From Albugo candida (taxonomy: Eukaryota), in NCBI GenBank assembly GCA_040437565.1, contig JBDOQK010000016.1, positions 1-64,000 on the forward strand: a DNA stretch of 64,000 nt. Reading direction: 5' to 3'. The translations under genes were made by a program, and so were the position numbers. Of this stretch, positions 36,890 to 49,800 are shown piece after piece. Within the stretch, counting starts at the first letter, position 1; each line of letters opens with the position of its first letter. The notes under the pieces are model-generated. The model was not told the origin of the DNA. It searched no databases and saw only the letters and a list, made by a program, of their open reading frames with translations.

Positions 36890-39717
36890 GCAGTTGTCAA
36901 TTTGCACTGGAACGTGCATACTCAATCATTAATGATCGCCGCCGTATGATGAGGTTCAAGTAGATTTTTTGAAGGGTAAAGTTCCAGCTCCTTGCAGATA
37001 TCTCGTCTCAAGGATGGAAAGATAGAAAAATCACGGATATTCAAAGAAGCGCCATCCTTGCCAAGTTCAGAAAAACACTAACTTTTGCATGAACCTTAAT
37101 CTTGCGCATGCATAGCATCACGTACAGTTCCCAAAGTCGGAAGCGTCCGATATCGAGGCGATTATGCATTCAATGATGGATGGTCGGTCTTGCCTGCAAA
37201 AGCGGAGAGACGAGCCTTTGCGATATGGCAGTGTCCACTTCTCCTGTAAGTTTGGAAAATGTCATCAATCCTGATAAAGAGCTTCTGCATGCTATCTCAG
37301 TAGTCATCAGATCGATACGGAGACCAGTGCTCAATGTACATTCCAGAACAACGGCGAATTCGTGCCAAACACTGGAGTTAAGCGCATTACCATGGTTAAG
37401 CTTAAAACCCAACACGTCATCTGGGTCTGTAGTGTTGGCAGTTCCTTCCGAAAGGTAGTCTCTAGCAAATTCGTCATCACTTTCACATTTTAAATCCACT
37501 TTGGCGTACCTACTTGTCCGGAAAAAACGGTTAAAGGGGCAGCATCTCAGCGAACCGCATCTGAAAAGGAAATATATGGGTTTAAGAGTCAGCGATATAT
37601 ATGTGGAGCTTAGAAAAATGGAGATTGTAGTCAGCCTGGCGCATGAAAATTAAGTTCAGCGACGTGTAGGTAGCTCTATAATTGGGGTTCTTCCACAAAA
37701 GTTATCATAGAAGTCCGCTTAAGAGTGCCGTGTTGTTCGTGATTTACGACGGGCAAACGCTTGCTCAGATGTTTAGGGGCACAGACACAGAAGAGCGCTA
37801 ATTTACATGGTCTCAAATCCTCTTGTAACGGATCTTACCACCGACACAACTCCCAACCCAAGATCCATAAAATTAGAAAGCAGAAAAACGATTTTGCGGT
37901 CGATCTTTTTATAATCATGACAGGCATTCTCGCACACACTTCTTTACATGATGCACTTGTAGAGATGCTGCCCCAATCGCCTCAGTATCGTTCTCGCTTC
38001 CTTTCTGCAGGAGAAATAGGTTCTGCTCAACCAATACAAAAAAAAACGAACTGATGCAGTACATTCGTGGAGTATTGGAAATATCTCCGCGTAGCATATA
38101 CTTGAGACTAGCCTAACCACGTTCTGGATCAGGATCGTAGTATCTCATGTCAAGCACTAGCGCGATGCGTCAAAGTTACTCCTGCCAATCAGCCGTCGAT
38201 GACAGAAGCAACGACATGATCGCTCAATTCTGACCATTGAACAGCGCTGTAGCATGTAGTGTATCGGCGAATAAATTAATCGTTGATTGAAGTCATTTGC
38301 CATCGATGAAAGCGCTCACGTCTAAAAACCCCTATACTAAGAATACTCACGTCTTCAACATTACACATACTATTCCATATGCAATTCTAAATCAGAAAAG
38401 GAGCGCTCATCCTGCATGAATATCAGGGGCGCCGAAAGCCTTGCTGTGTTCAATGTCTGACCACAAGCGTTTGTTAGAGTTCACTTTCAATAAGCTGCTT
38501 GATAGCGCTATTCACAAAGTCACCAAATTGAAAAATGTTGCAGATGTAGTGCACCTGCAACATCGGCAAGCACAGAAAGCATTTGAGGTGGCCTTCGCAT
38601 ACTCTGCCAATTTAACATCTAGAAGTGGGCAAAGATCACACAGTTGGGCAACTTTGAGACCCCAAAATCTCATTTACTCGGCTTCGCCATGCTGTATTTG
38701 AAGAGAACGTCCGACTTTTTTGGCATGTAGACATTCGAAATGCGCGCTTCTCACTGACGAAAACGGCATGCATTTGAGATCGCGCCGATGCTGATTTGGC
38801 ACTCTCGAAGAAATGGACACTAAATAAGTGTCTTGTGCGTGCAATCATTTACAATCATGAACTATTATTCATATCGATTCAGGAAGTAGCTTTGGAATGC
38901 TTCGAATGTGGGGCTATAGAACACTTTCGCATCGGTCGCTTTTGTGTATGGCAAATTCATCGATTATCACATTGGAACAGTATATTCGATGCGGCACACA
39001 AGATACAATCGTCACAAAGAAATTGGCCTTGAATCAGTGAAACGCAAGCAAACGGTAGTGCATTTTCTTGTCTCTAGCAACCTGCGTCAATTCTTCTCTG
39101 TTTGTATAAAGGCGATGTTAAAAAAACTTCAGAGTGCTAGTGTAAAATCTTATACTTTAGTGTAGGCACTAAACAATCGCATGACGCCTTCTCATAAGGC
39201 TGCCAAACTAGCGAATCCCTCTGGCGGGTTTATGGCCATTCCACAGTGAAATTTTGTAAGAAAATATTTTCTCTCGAGCTGGTGCTTCGTCCACGACACA
39301 CACTTCTTTACCGAACGAATACATTCCAAACATGTACTGGATTCTAGGTGCCATGTACAGCGTGGAAGTGACAAAGTTTGCAACTTGCGATTCCTGGCAT
39401 CACAATCAATGCCATTGCTCTGCACTTCCACTACGCTATGCCCAATTCACAAAGCCAGCGCTCTTGCAGAGATTTTGAAATTGAGAAGATATAGTAACTT
39501 CAATGCCCTGTCTATAGAGCTGCATTTGGGGTTGTATTTTCTAGTTTTTGTGCTCATTTCTGTCCTGTAGTGGTAGCAGCAGAGTTGCATTGTATGCGCA
39601 CGAATTGTAAGGACGGTCATTGGTTTAAACAGAAACGCTAATTGCAATTTCTCAGCACGTTACGTCATTGGATCAGAATAGCTGAAACGAAGGCTATGAG
39701 GTTTACAAAGTAAAGGC

Positions 39718-42700
39718 ATGCAAACAGCGTACATAGACGAGCATTCTGAAAGCGACTACGATGTCAGAGACCAAGTTTCTCAAGATGAAGACTGGATCAG
39801 TAGTGTTGAAAGTGAGGATTCGGCTAGCTTCATCAAGCATGAGAAAAGTGTCAAAAAGCTAAAAGTGGCGCCAAATAATGTCGATCAGATACATAAAGCA
39901 AAAAGGGACAAAGAACTTGGAAAAGAGCAGAATCGATGGTATGATGATGGTTGTTATCTCAATTATGTTAAAAGATTGGCCGAACATGAGAATCAAATCC
40001 AATGGTGTCTTGATCATGAAGTATCTTGCTTTTACTTTAGATTGAAGGATACAAAAAGCTCAAGTATTATTCAGAACGGCCAGTTCTGTGAAGAGTGTGA
40101 ATATTACCAGTCGGGTGATCTTTATCTCACCGATTCAGGGCTCACTGTTCCTACCTATATATACGCGCAGCTGTATCCACACCAACGTCAGTGCCTCGAA
40201 TGGCTTCATGGGCTGCATGAGCGCAACACCGGTGGAATTTTGGGTGATGAAATGGGTTTAGGAAAAACTGTGCAGATCGTTGCATATGTTGCCGCTATGC
40301 ATGCCGCTAGTCGATTGTGTTCAGTTTTGCTTTTGTGTCCTGCATCCGTCCTTTTACAGTGGACGCGCGAATTTCATAAATGGTACCCGAAAATGCGTAT
40401 CACATTGTTACATAGTACTGGTTCAGGAGTTGTTTTATCGAATAAATCATACGCCGATCTTGTCCATGAGATCGTTGGAGATCACGAACCCAAAGATTCC
40501 TCGGATGAGACTGAGAAAATTTGCGGAACCGGTGGAGTAATCCTCACAACCTACGAAAATGCTCGTCAAAATCAGCAATTACTGTTAAGTATCGACTGGG
40601 ATTACGTCGTTTTAGACGAAGGGCATAGGATTCGAAATCCTGATGCTGACATATCTCTTGTGTGTAAGCAATTTCGCACTGTCCATCGTCTTATACTCAC
40701 AGGCACACCGATACAGAATCACCTTCGGGAACTCTGGTCGCTATTTGATTTTGTTTATCCAGGAAAGCTAGGTACATTACCCACTTTTGAAGATGAATTT
40801 GTTCTTCCAATCAAGACTGGTGGCTATGCAAATGCATCTAAAATGCAAGTCGTGATGGCATACAAGTGTGCCCTGGTACTAAGGGATGTCATCAATCCAT
40901 ACATGCTACGTCGCACTAAGAAAGAGATCCAAGATACTCTTGAATTGCCAGAAAAAATGGAACATATATTATTCTGTCGACTTACTGCCTACCAGTACGA
41001 TCAATATGAAGCATACTTGCGCTCTCCTGAAGTAGCTCGCGTTTTAAATTACGAAGTGCGCCCGTTTCGTGCGATTTCAACACTAAGGCATATATGTAAT
41101 CACCCAGATCTGGTTAAACGTACTGACGATGAGGCTCCACATGCAGAAGATTACGGGTGTATAAAAAAAAGCGGTAAGATGCTGGTATTGCGCAAAATTC
41201 TGGCTATGTGGAAAGACCAGGGGCATCGTGTGCTTCTTTTCACCCAGACGCGTATGATGCTTGATATACTGGAAAGGTTCATGGAACATCATGCATATAA
41301 TCATTGCCGGCTCGATGGGTCCACGCCAGTTAAGGAACGACAGAGACTTTTGGACAAATTCAACGATCCGGAAAGCGATATCTTCATTTTCTTACTTACG
41401 ACACGAGCTGGTGGTATTGGGATTAATCTATCAGGTGCGAATCGTGTCATAATCTTTGATCCGGACTGGAATCCCAGCACCGACATGCAGGCTAGAGAAC
41501 GATCTTGGCGTATTGGTCAAAGTAAACAAGTCACCATCTATCGGCTAATTACAAGTGGGACTATTGAAGAGAAAATCTATCATCGGCAGATATTTAAGCA
41601 ATATCTCACAACAAAGGTGCTACATGACCCAAAGAGAAAGCGCTGTTTCAATCGTCATACTTTGCGCGATCTTTTTACTCTTGCGAGTGGTGCACAACCT
41701 GAAGGTAAAGAAGGGACGAAGGCACACGAAGGTGTTGAGACGACAGATCTTTTTCTTGCCGGGCATGTACCAGTCCCAGTAGCTGAAAATCAAGGTTCCT
41801 TGCAGAATGGAGGCTCTATTGGGCGCGAATCTTTAGAAAAAGCGGAATCTGACGAGGGTCTGGAAAACGATACAAGTACGAATAAGTCAAGCGACAACGA
41901 TCGAATTCTGAGGCATTTATTCGACGGAGAAGAAATTCATGGCGTCTTCAACCATGCTGCCATAGAGCACGAAGGTGTACAAAATCAAGAAGCTGATTTA
42001 ATAGAGATGGAATCCTCAAAGATTGCCGAGTCGGCGCTTTCTGCGCTGCGCCAATCTTGCGATTTGGTGCGGCAACAACGCTGTAGTATCTCTACACCAA
42101 CATGGACAGGTAGACAAGGTTATGCTGGTCAACCGGCTAAAACAACCGAAAAAAGAAGACTCGGCGNNNNNNNNNNNNNNNNNNNNNNNNNNNNNNNNNN
42201 NNNNNNNNNNNNNNNNNNNNNNNNNNNNNNNNNNNNNNNNNNNNNNNNNNNNNNNNNNNNNNNNNNATGTGGAAAGACCAGGGGCATCGTGTGCTTCTTT
42301 TCACCCAGACGCGTATGATGCTTGATATACTGGAAAGGTTCATGGAACATCATGCATATAATCATTGCCGGCTCGATGGGTCCACGCCAGTTAAGGAACG
42401 ACAGAGACTTTTGGACAAATTCAACGATCCGGAAAGCGATATCTTCATTTTCTTACTTACGACACGAGCTGGTGGTATTGGGATTAATCTATCAGGTGCG
42501 AATCGTGTCATAATCTTTGATCCGGACTGGAATCCCAGCACCGACATGCAGGCTAGAGAACGATCTTGGCGTATTGGTCAAAGTAAACAAGTCACCATCT
42601 ATCGGCTAATTACAAGTGGGACTATTGAAGAGAAAATCTATCATCGGCAGATATTTAAGCAATATCTCACAACAAAGGTGCTACATGACCCAAAGAGAAA

Positions 42701-43595
42701 GCGCTGTTTCAATCGTCATACTTTGCGCGATCTTTTTACTCTTGCGAGTGGTGCACAACCTGAAGGTAAAGAAGGGACGAAGGCACACGAAGGTGTTGAG
42801 ACGACAGATCTTTTTCTTGCCGGGCATGTACCAGTCCCAGTAGCTGAAAATCAAGGTTCCTTGCAGAATGGAGGCTCTATTGGGCGCGAATCTTTAGAAA
42901 AAGCGGAATCTGACGAGGGTCTGGAAAACGATACAAGTACGAATAAGTCAAGCGACAACGATCGAATTCTGAGGCATTTATTCGACGGAGAAGAAATTCA
43001 TGGCGTCTTCAACCATGCTGCCATAGAGCACGAAGGTGTACAAAATCAAGAAGCTGATTTAATAGAGATGGAATCCTCAAAGATTGCCGAGTCGGCGCTT
43101 TCTGCGCTGCGCCAATCTTGCGATTTGGTGCGGCAACAACGCTGTAGTATCTCTACACCAACATGGACAGGTAGACAAGGTTATGCTGGTCAACCGGCTA
43201 AAACAACCGAAAAAAGAAGACTCGGCGGTCGCAGATCGCGTGTACCGAACAGCTACACGAACCCACATTTATCTTCCAAGGAAATCTTGAGCAAATTCTC
43301 CAATCAGCGGTATGGTATCGTGGACCGTGGACTGCCTGCAAGTGCCAAATCACCTACAAAGGCTAATGCTGACACTTCTGAAGGCGTAACTAGTCTCACG
43401 GAACAAATCCGCGTTTTCCTATTGCACGATAAGTGCAATCACGGCCGCGGCTTTGCGACAGAAGCAATTTTAGATAGATTTGGTCATCTTATAGATCCCA
43501 AGGACAAGCTTACATTTCGAAAGTTACTTCGTGATTTGGCAATTTGTCGGAATGGCAATTGGATTCTGAGGACCGAGTTCATGGATGGTTCGTGA
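39718..43595 (+). CDS. ERCC6: DNA excision repair protein ERCC6/CSB/Rad26 (SNF2 ATPase), ~938 aa after artefact removal
   Basis: Motifs [77 protein letters not shown] and a C-terminal winged helix ending W.LR.EF. Length 3,878-1,061 = 2,817 bp = 939 codons. Confidence 0.95.
41206..43227. other. Assembly artefact: 961-bp overlap duplicated across an N gap
   Basis: 41206-42166 equals 42267-43227 (offset 1061). Confidence 0.92.
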
Positions 43596-43888
43596 TGCAT
43601 TGTCAAGCGGTTCATCATAGATGACGAGAGGTAGTATTGGCAGCAAATCGTTGCGGATGGTTTATAATTTAACAACCGAGACTAAGACAACCGAGTTTAT
43701 CTGGCTCACTTGTAGAGTCAAAGAGAACTAACTCCGTGAACGAAAATCATCCGGGAAAAGCGGCATCCTATCTCATACAAAATCTTTGACACTGATATGA
43801 ACTCGCTCAATTCTTTCAATCAAATCTAGTCGTTGATTTCTTAAGTACGTACAACAGCGCACCATTATCCCACCATTTGGTGCGCAAT

Positions 43889-46800
43889 ATGGACTTGTCA
43901 CCGTCAGGTCGCGTGAATAGTGTGCGCGAATTAGTGTTCATTTCTGAGGACACCAATGGAGCAGACACAACCAATTTGAGTTTGTGGCATGCACAAATGT
44001 TATTCAATCAATTGTGTGCTACGAAGGAAAGCTTAAATTCTAATCTAGAAATCGTTGAAGCTGATGATGAGAGAGTGGAAGAAGCTTTAATGACAAGTGA
44101 AAGTGACAGTGATTGGAAGCATGTGAGAACACAGATTAATAAGAGGCGTACAATGTGGAACCGGAAACGCCAAAAGGAAAAAACGGAAGAAGTCTGGAAA
44201 ATCGCTGCCATATCGTATAGCGACGACAGCAACATGAGGAATGATACGGATAAAAACTCCACGTGTTCTCTTGATGTAATTGAAAAAGAACGGGTTGACC
44301 AAACGACTATCTTAAATGATGAACTGAAGCGCAACTCGTGTAATGAATTAATATCATTTACATCCGAAAGCAAAGTATCAATTATATATGAGCAATATCG
44401 ATGCGTATTCTGCCTTGATTTTTCTCCGTCAACCTTTTCAGTCGATCCAAGCACCGGAAAGGTATTCTCGGATTCGATATGCGAAGTGATAGAGGTTGGT
44501 CAGCTTTACATATCTTTTGACTATTATATTGTAAGACGAATTCTCTCTTCAGATTTTCCTCCGCAATCTAACAACAAAAATGATAATTGGTGACTTGAAT
44601 TTCCAGCCAGAAATTCATCTGTCATTACTAGTTCAGGTGCGCCGACATTTCATAATGGAAAGGATTCCAATTGACACTTTAACCATAGGGTGCCGTTCCA
44701 GAGTCTTTATATGTTCTGGTTCAAGGATTTGCTCTGACAACAAATAATCCGCATTATTTGCTGGACATTATTCGAGACAGACTGAAACTGATTGAGAATT
44801 TTTGGGCTTCTAAGATGCGCAATGACGTTGGTTGCAAGCATGGGTCACGTCTGGGCCTAAAAGTTACTGAGAATCTCGCGAGTAGGCAAACCACAACGAC
44901 AAGTCTTTCTCAGATGCTTCGCAATGCTGTGTACGCGCTCAATTCTCTACCCATGGCAGCGTCATCGTTCCTTGTTATCATAACCGATGGTGTTGTGGAT
45001 CAATTCGATGCGTATTCTTACGATGGGCTCTTGATGCAACTGGTTCGTCACGATATCAACTGTCATTTCATTCAACTGGGCGGAAGCATTGCTTCAGATC
45101 AGTGCTTTGGCTATGTTAGCGATACGGATTTTTTGCGTTTCCTCGCAAAGGCCACTGGAGGTAGATATTGGACCTTGGATATGCTCTCCCAAGCTAACTC
45201 ACAAAGTGGTGATAGTATGGTAAGTAAGAGACACTCAAGTAGTCTCATGTGCGTCTCAGAAATCCAGGACGCATGCTTTATCCGCAAATCAAGTCTTTGG
45301 GGGCTCTCTGACCCCGACTTTCAAATTCGACGCTCTCATTACATGCTATCATCCGATGCGAAGTTTCTGATTCCACTAAAATCGTATCAATTATGGCGAG
45401 AAAAGGTTCACGACTATCGAATCGTGGTGGACATTGATCGAATTATCGAAGTGCGCACTCGCGAAGGCTTCAAAATTAGTAAAATATTACCGTTTGATCG
45501 AAATGACGCGGAATCTCACGATCAAAGTGCTACCAACTCGCATGGTACAGATTCTACACGCTACTTGGTATTTGTACTGCAATGGAAGCAAGATGTATGG
45601 ATAGAATATGTTGTTTCTATCACAAAAGAGGTATCCCATCTTGAACAAAGGATGGCAACGACTGTACCCTTCAGCTCTGACGAATGGTACGTCGTAATCA
45701 ACATCATCGCACAAGTGGATTTCTTACAGGCGTTCGAAAGCTGCAAAAACAAAACTCTTGGATTGAGGGATAGCAACAACAGTGCAATTAAAAACGAAGT
45801 AGTCGTCTCAGGTACCCCATTATCACTCCATCATTTCATTCGCAACGTACAAGATGTGGATCGCGTGCTACTTCATCTTGTCACTGCAACTGCGTCAAGT
45901 TATACTACAAAGACAAAACAAGAAGGTGAAAGATCGTACCATGGATTTGGCAGTCCATCGGACATGATGCCATCTCGTCCTCATCCAGTCTTCAAGATCA
46001 TTGGAAATTTAGCGCCTGTACTTTGGCATCGCTGGTTTGCTGTTGACAGATTTGAAATTCTTCAGATTATACCGAATGATATATTCATAAAGAGGATATA
46101 CGGATCGCATGCATTCACCAAAATAGGAACCGCAGCGGAACTTGATAACACCCATCATTTTGGACGGAAATGGGCCGCAGATCCTTCCACATCAGATCAA
46201 AACTACATACGTCGTAAGGAATCTGGTCCTTTCAAAGGCTCTACGCCGGTGCCAGAATTGAACATCAATGAGATATTTCAACTGCTTGGTACTACACAGG
46301 TGAACGACCGAATAGTATCTGTCATCACAAAGTGGTCTACACAGCGAATTTCACAAGATCTATTTCTGAAGTTCCTGCAACCATTGCCACATCGAGCTTT
46401 CAGATTTCGCACCCTTCACAATGAATATTTACGCGTTGCACAAGACGACAGGCTCTGTGGCAATGCATCACACATTGAAACGAATAAACATCTGCATTGC
46501 AAACACTTACGTCGCAAACGTCCAGAGCAGCCGTTTTGTATCATTCGCATTGAGCGCAAGAATCATGTTTTGACAGCGTTTCATGTGGCTTTCTTCTCAG
46601 CAGGATCATCTTTACGCAAGCAGGCAGTATCGAGTCTTAAACAGGTGATCATGGCAGAGGTCAATGATGCCCACTCATCCGTTTTGGCTTGGCATCCTTC
46701 CTTCCAGAAAATCGCGTCATCTCCGACTAGTGGTTCCGTCACCAGCAGTGCAGCAATAACCAAAACAGCAATTGCGTGTCATCGGATGATAAGTCGATTG

Positions 46801-49800
46801 ACAGCAGGTTTCGACATCCTAGCACTCTATAATGAAGAAAGAGCGAAGAAGATTGGGCACGAAACTTGTTTGCCGTTGGAGAAGCAAAGTGGTCTTGCAA
46901 ATTCTTCATGTTGTGGAGGGAGTGATATTGCGTTTCGAGAGACATTTGGATCTTATATGTGGCACATTAATTGGAGATGGAAATTCACAAACAGCACGGA
47001 ATTAGTCAAGATGATGAAGCAGATTCACAAGTCTCGAATCGCTGCGGGATTCTGGGTTCTGGATTGGCATCTACATCAACGAAAGAACAATACCTCTCAC
47101 GGAAGAAGTAACATAACAAAGAACTATAGTTATGCAGCATCAGACCTTGGCGGCCGTTATCAAAAGTACAGAGGCAGCGCCATGAACCTCAACAATCATG
47201 ATGTCAACCCGCTTATGTGGTCAAAACATCGCTACAGAACGACATCTTTCAATGTGGAAAGCGTGACATTTGGACGAGAAATACTCTTGGAGGACAAAAA
47301 TGGGCGCGATCAGTGTATTCTATTGCAATATGGAATGCTTCGCATCTCTGAAACCCGATTGATCACGTCGTTCTGGATGGAACCTCATCATGGCTTGATG
47401 AGGCCCATTACCCAGGATGATTTATGTCGGGATATTTACAGTCATTCAGATCATGCGGTCGGTCACGAGCGTCCAATGCAAAAGCACAAAGGAATGTCAA
47501 GTTTGAGTGTGCGCGCTCCGATTGGCGCTCAAAACGAAGCTACAAATGGCAAGGTCATTGGAGGACCGCTGGGTGAAGGAAAAGAAGTGACTGTCGCAAC
47601 TAATTCGAGCGAAGCGAAACCCCAAACAAATGTGGATGCAGCCGACAAATCATCAAATGTGTCTGGAATGAAATCTCAAATACCAAAGCAGCAAGTGATC
47701 AAGTCTTCTCTCGACACTGGACAGTTGTATCTGTGTGAGAACGATCTACTTCAATTGATCACAGCGTTTCTTTTTCATTGTGATCGACAAGTAGTAGCAT
47801 CTCATCATACATTTTTGACGCTTCGTCAAGCGTTTGAAAGCGTNNNNNNNNNNNNNNNNNNNNNNNNNNNNNNNNNNNNNNNNNNNNNNNNNNNNNNNNN
47901 NNNNNNNNNNNNNNNNNNNNNNNNNNNNNNNNNNNNNNNNNNNTTCTATCACAAAAGAGGTATCCCATCTTGAACAAAGGATGGCAACGACTGTACCCTT
48001 CAGCTCTGACGAATGGTACGTCGTAATCAACATCATCGCACAAGTGGATTTCTTACAGGCGTTCGAAAGCTGCAAAAACAAAACTCTTGGATTGAGGGAT
48101 AGCAACAACAGTGCAATTAAAAACGAAGTAGTCGTCTCAGGTACCCCATTATCACTCCATCATTTCATTCGCAACGTACAAGATGTGGATCGCGTGCTAC
48201 TTCATCTTGTCACTGCAACTGCGTCAAGTTATACTACAAAGACAAAACAAGAAGGTGAAAGATCGTACCATGGATTTGGCAGTCCATCGGACATGATGCC
48301 ATCTCGTCCTCATCCAGTCTTCAAGATCATTGGAAATTTAGCGCCTGTACTTTGGCATCGCTGGTTTGCTGTTGACAGATTTGAAATTCTTCAGATTATA
48401 CCGAATGATATATTCATAAAGAGGATATACGGATCGCATGCATTCACCAAAATAGGAACCGCAGCGGAACTTGATAACACCCATCATTTTGGACGGAAAT
48501 GGGCCGCAGATCCTTCCACATCAGATCAAAACTACATACGTCGTAAGGAATCTGGTCCTTTCAAAGGCTCTACGCCGGTGCCAGAATTGAACATCAATGA
48601 GATATTTCAACTGCTTGGTACTACACAGGTGAACGACCGAATAGTATCTGTCATCACAAAGTGGTCTACACAGCGAATTTCACAAGATCTATTTCTGAAG
48701 TTCCTGCAACCATTGCCACATCGAGCTTTCAGATTTCGCACCCTTCACAATGAATATTTACGCGTTGCACAAGACGACAGGCTCTGTGGCAATGCATCAC
48801 ACATTGAAACGAATAAACATCTGCATTGCAAACACTTACGTCGCAAACGTCCAGAGCAGCCGTTTTGTATCATTCGCATTGAGCGCAAGAATCATGTTTT
48901 GACAGCGTTTCATGTGGCTTTCTTCTCAGCAGGATCATCTTTACGCAAGCAGGCAGTATCGAGTCTTAAACAGGTGATCATGGCAGAGGTCAATGATGCC
49001 CACTCATCCGTTTTGGCTTGGCATCCTTCCTTCCAGAAAATCGCGTCATCTCCGACTAGTGGTTCCGTCACCAGCAGTGCAGCAATAACCAAAACAGCAA
49101 TTGCGTGTCATCGGATGATAAGTCGATTGACAGCAGGTTTCGACATCCTAGCACTCTATAATGAAGAAAGAGCGAAGAAGATTGGGCACGAAACTTGTTT
49201 GCCGTTGGAGAAGCAAAGTGGTCTTGCAAATTCTTCATGTTGTGGAGGGAGTGATATTGCGTTTCGAGAGACATTTGGATCTTATATGTGGCACATTAAT
49301 TGGAGATGGAAATTCACAAACAGCACGGAATTAGTCAAGATGATGAAGCAGATTCACAAGTCTCGAATCGCTGCGGGATTCTGGGTTCTGGATTGGCATC
49401 TACATCAACGAAAGAACAATACCTCTCACGGAAGAAGTAACATAACAAAGAACTATAGTTATGCAGCATCAGACCTTGGCGGCCGTTATCAAAAGTACAG
49501 AGGCAGCGCCATGAACCTCAACAATCATGATGTCAACCCGCTTATGTGGTCAAAACATCGCTACAGAACGACATCTTTCAATGTGGAAAGCGTGACATTT
49601 GGACGAGAAATACTCTTGGAGGACAAAAATGGGCGCGATCAGTGTATTCTATTGCAATATGGAATGCTTCGCATCTCTGAAACCCGATTGATCACGTCGT
49701 TCTGGATGGAACCTCATCATGGCTTGATGAGGCCCATTACCCAGGATGATTTATGTCGGGATATTTACAGTCATTCAGATCATGCGGTCGGTCACGAGCG

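Noticed and set aside
39600..39717. CCAAT/initiator-like promoter motifs upstream of ERCC6
   Set aside because: Only short ATTGG and TCATT matches, too weak to call without TSS data.
42267..43595. Second helicase-C gene (442 aa) suggesting tandem ERCC6 paralogs
   Set aside because: It duplicates 41206-42166 across the gap and is the true 3' end of a single gene.
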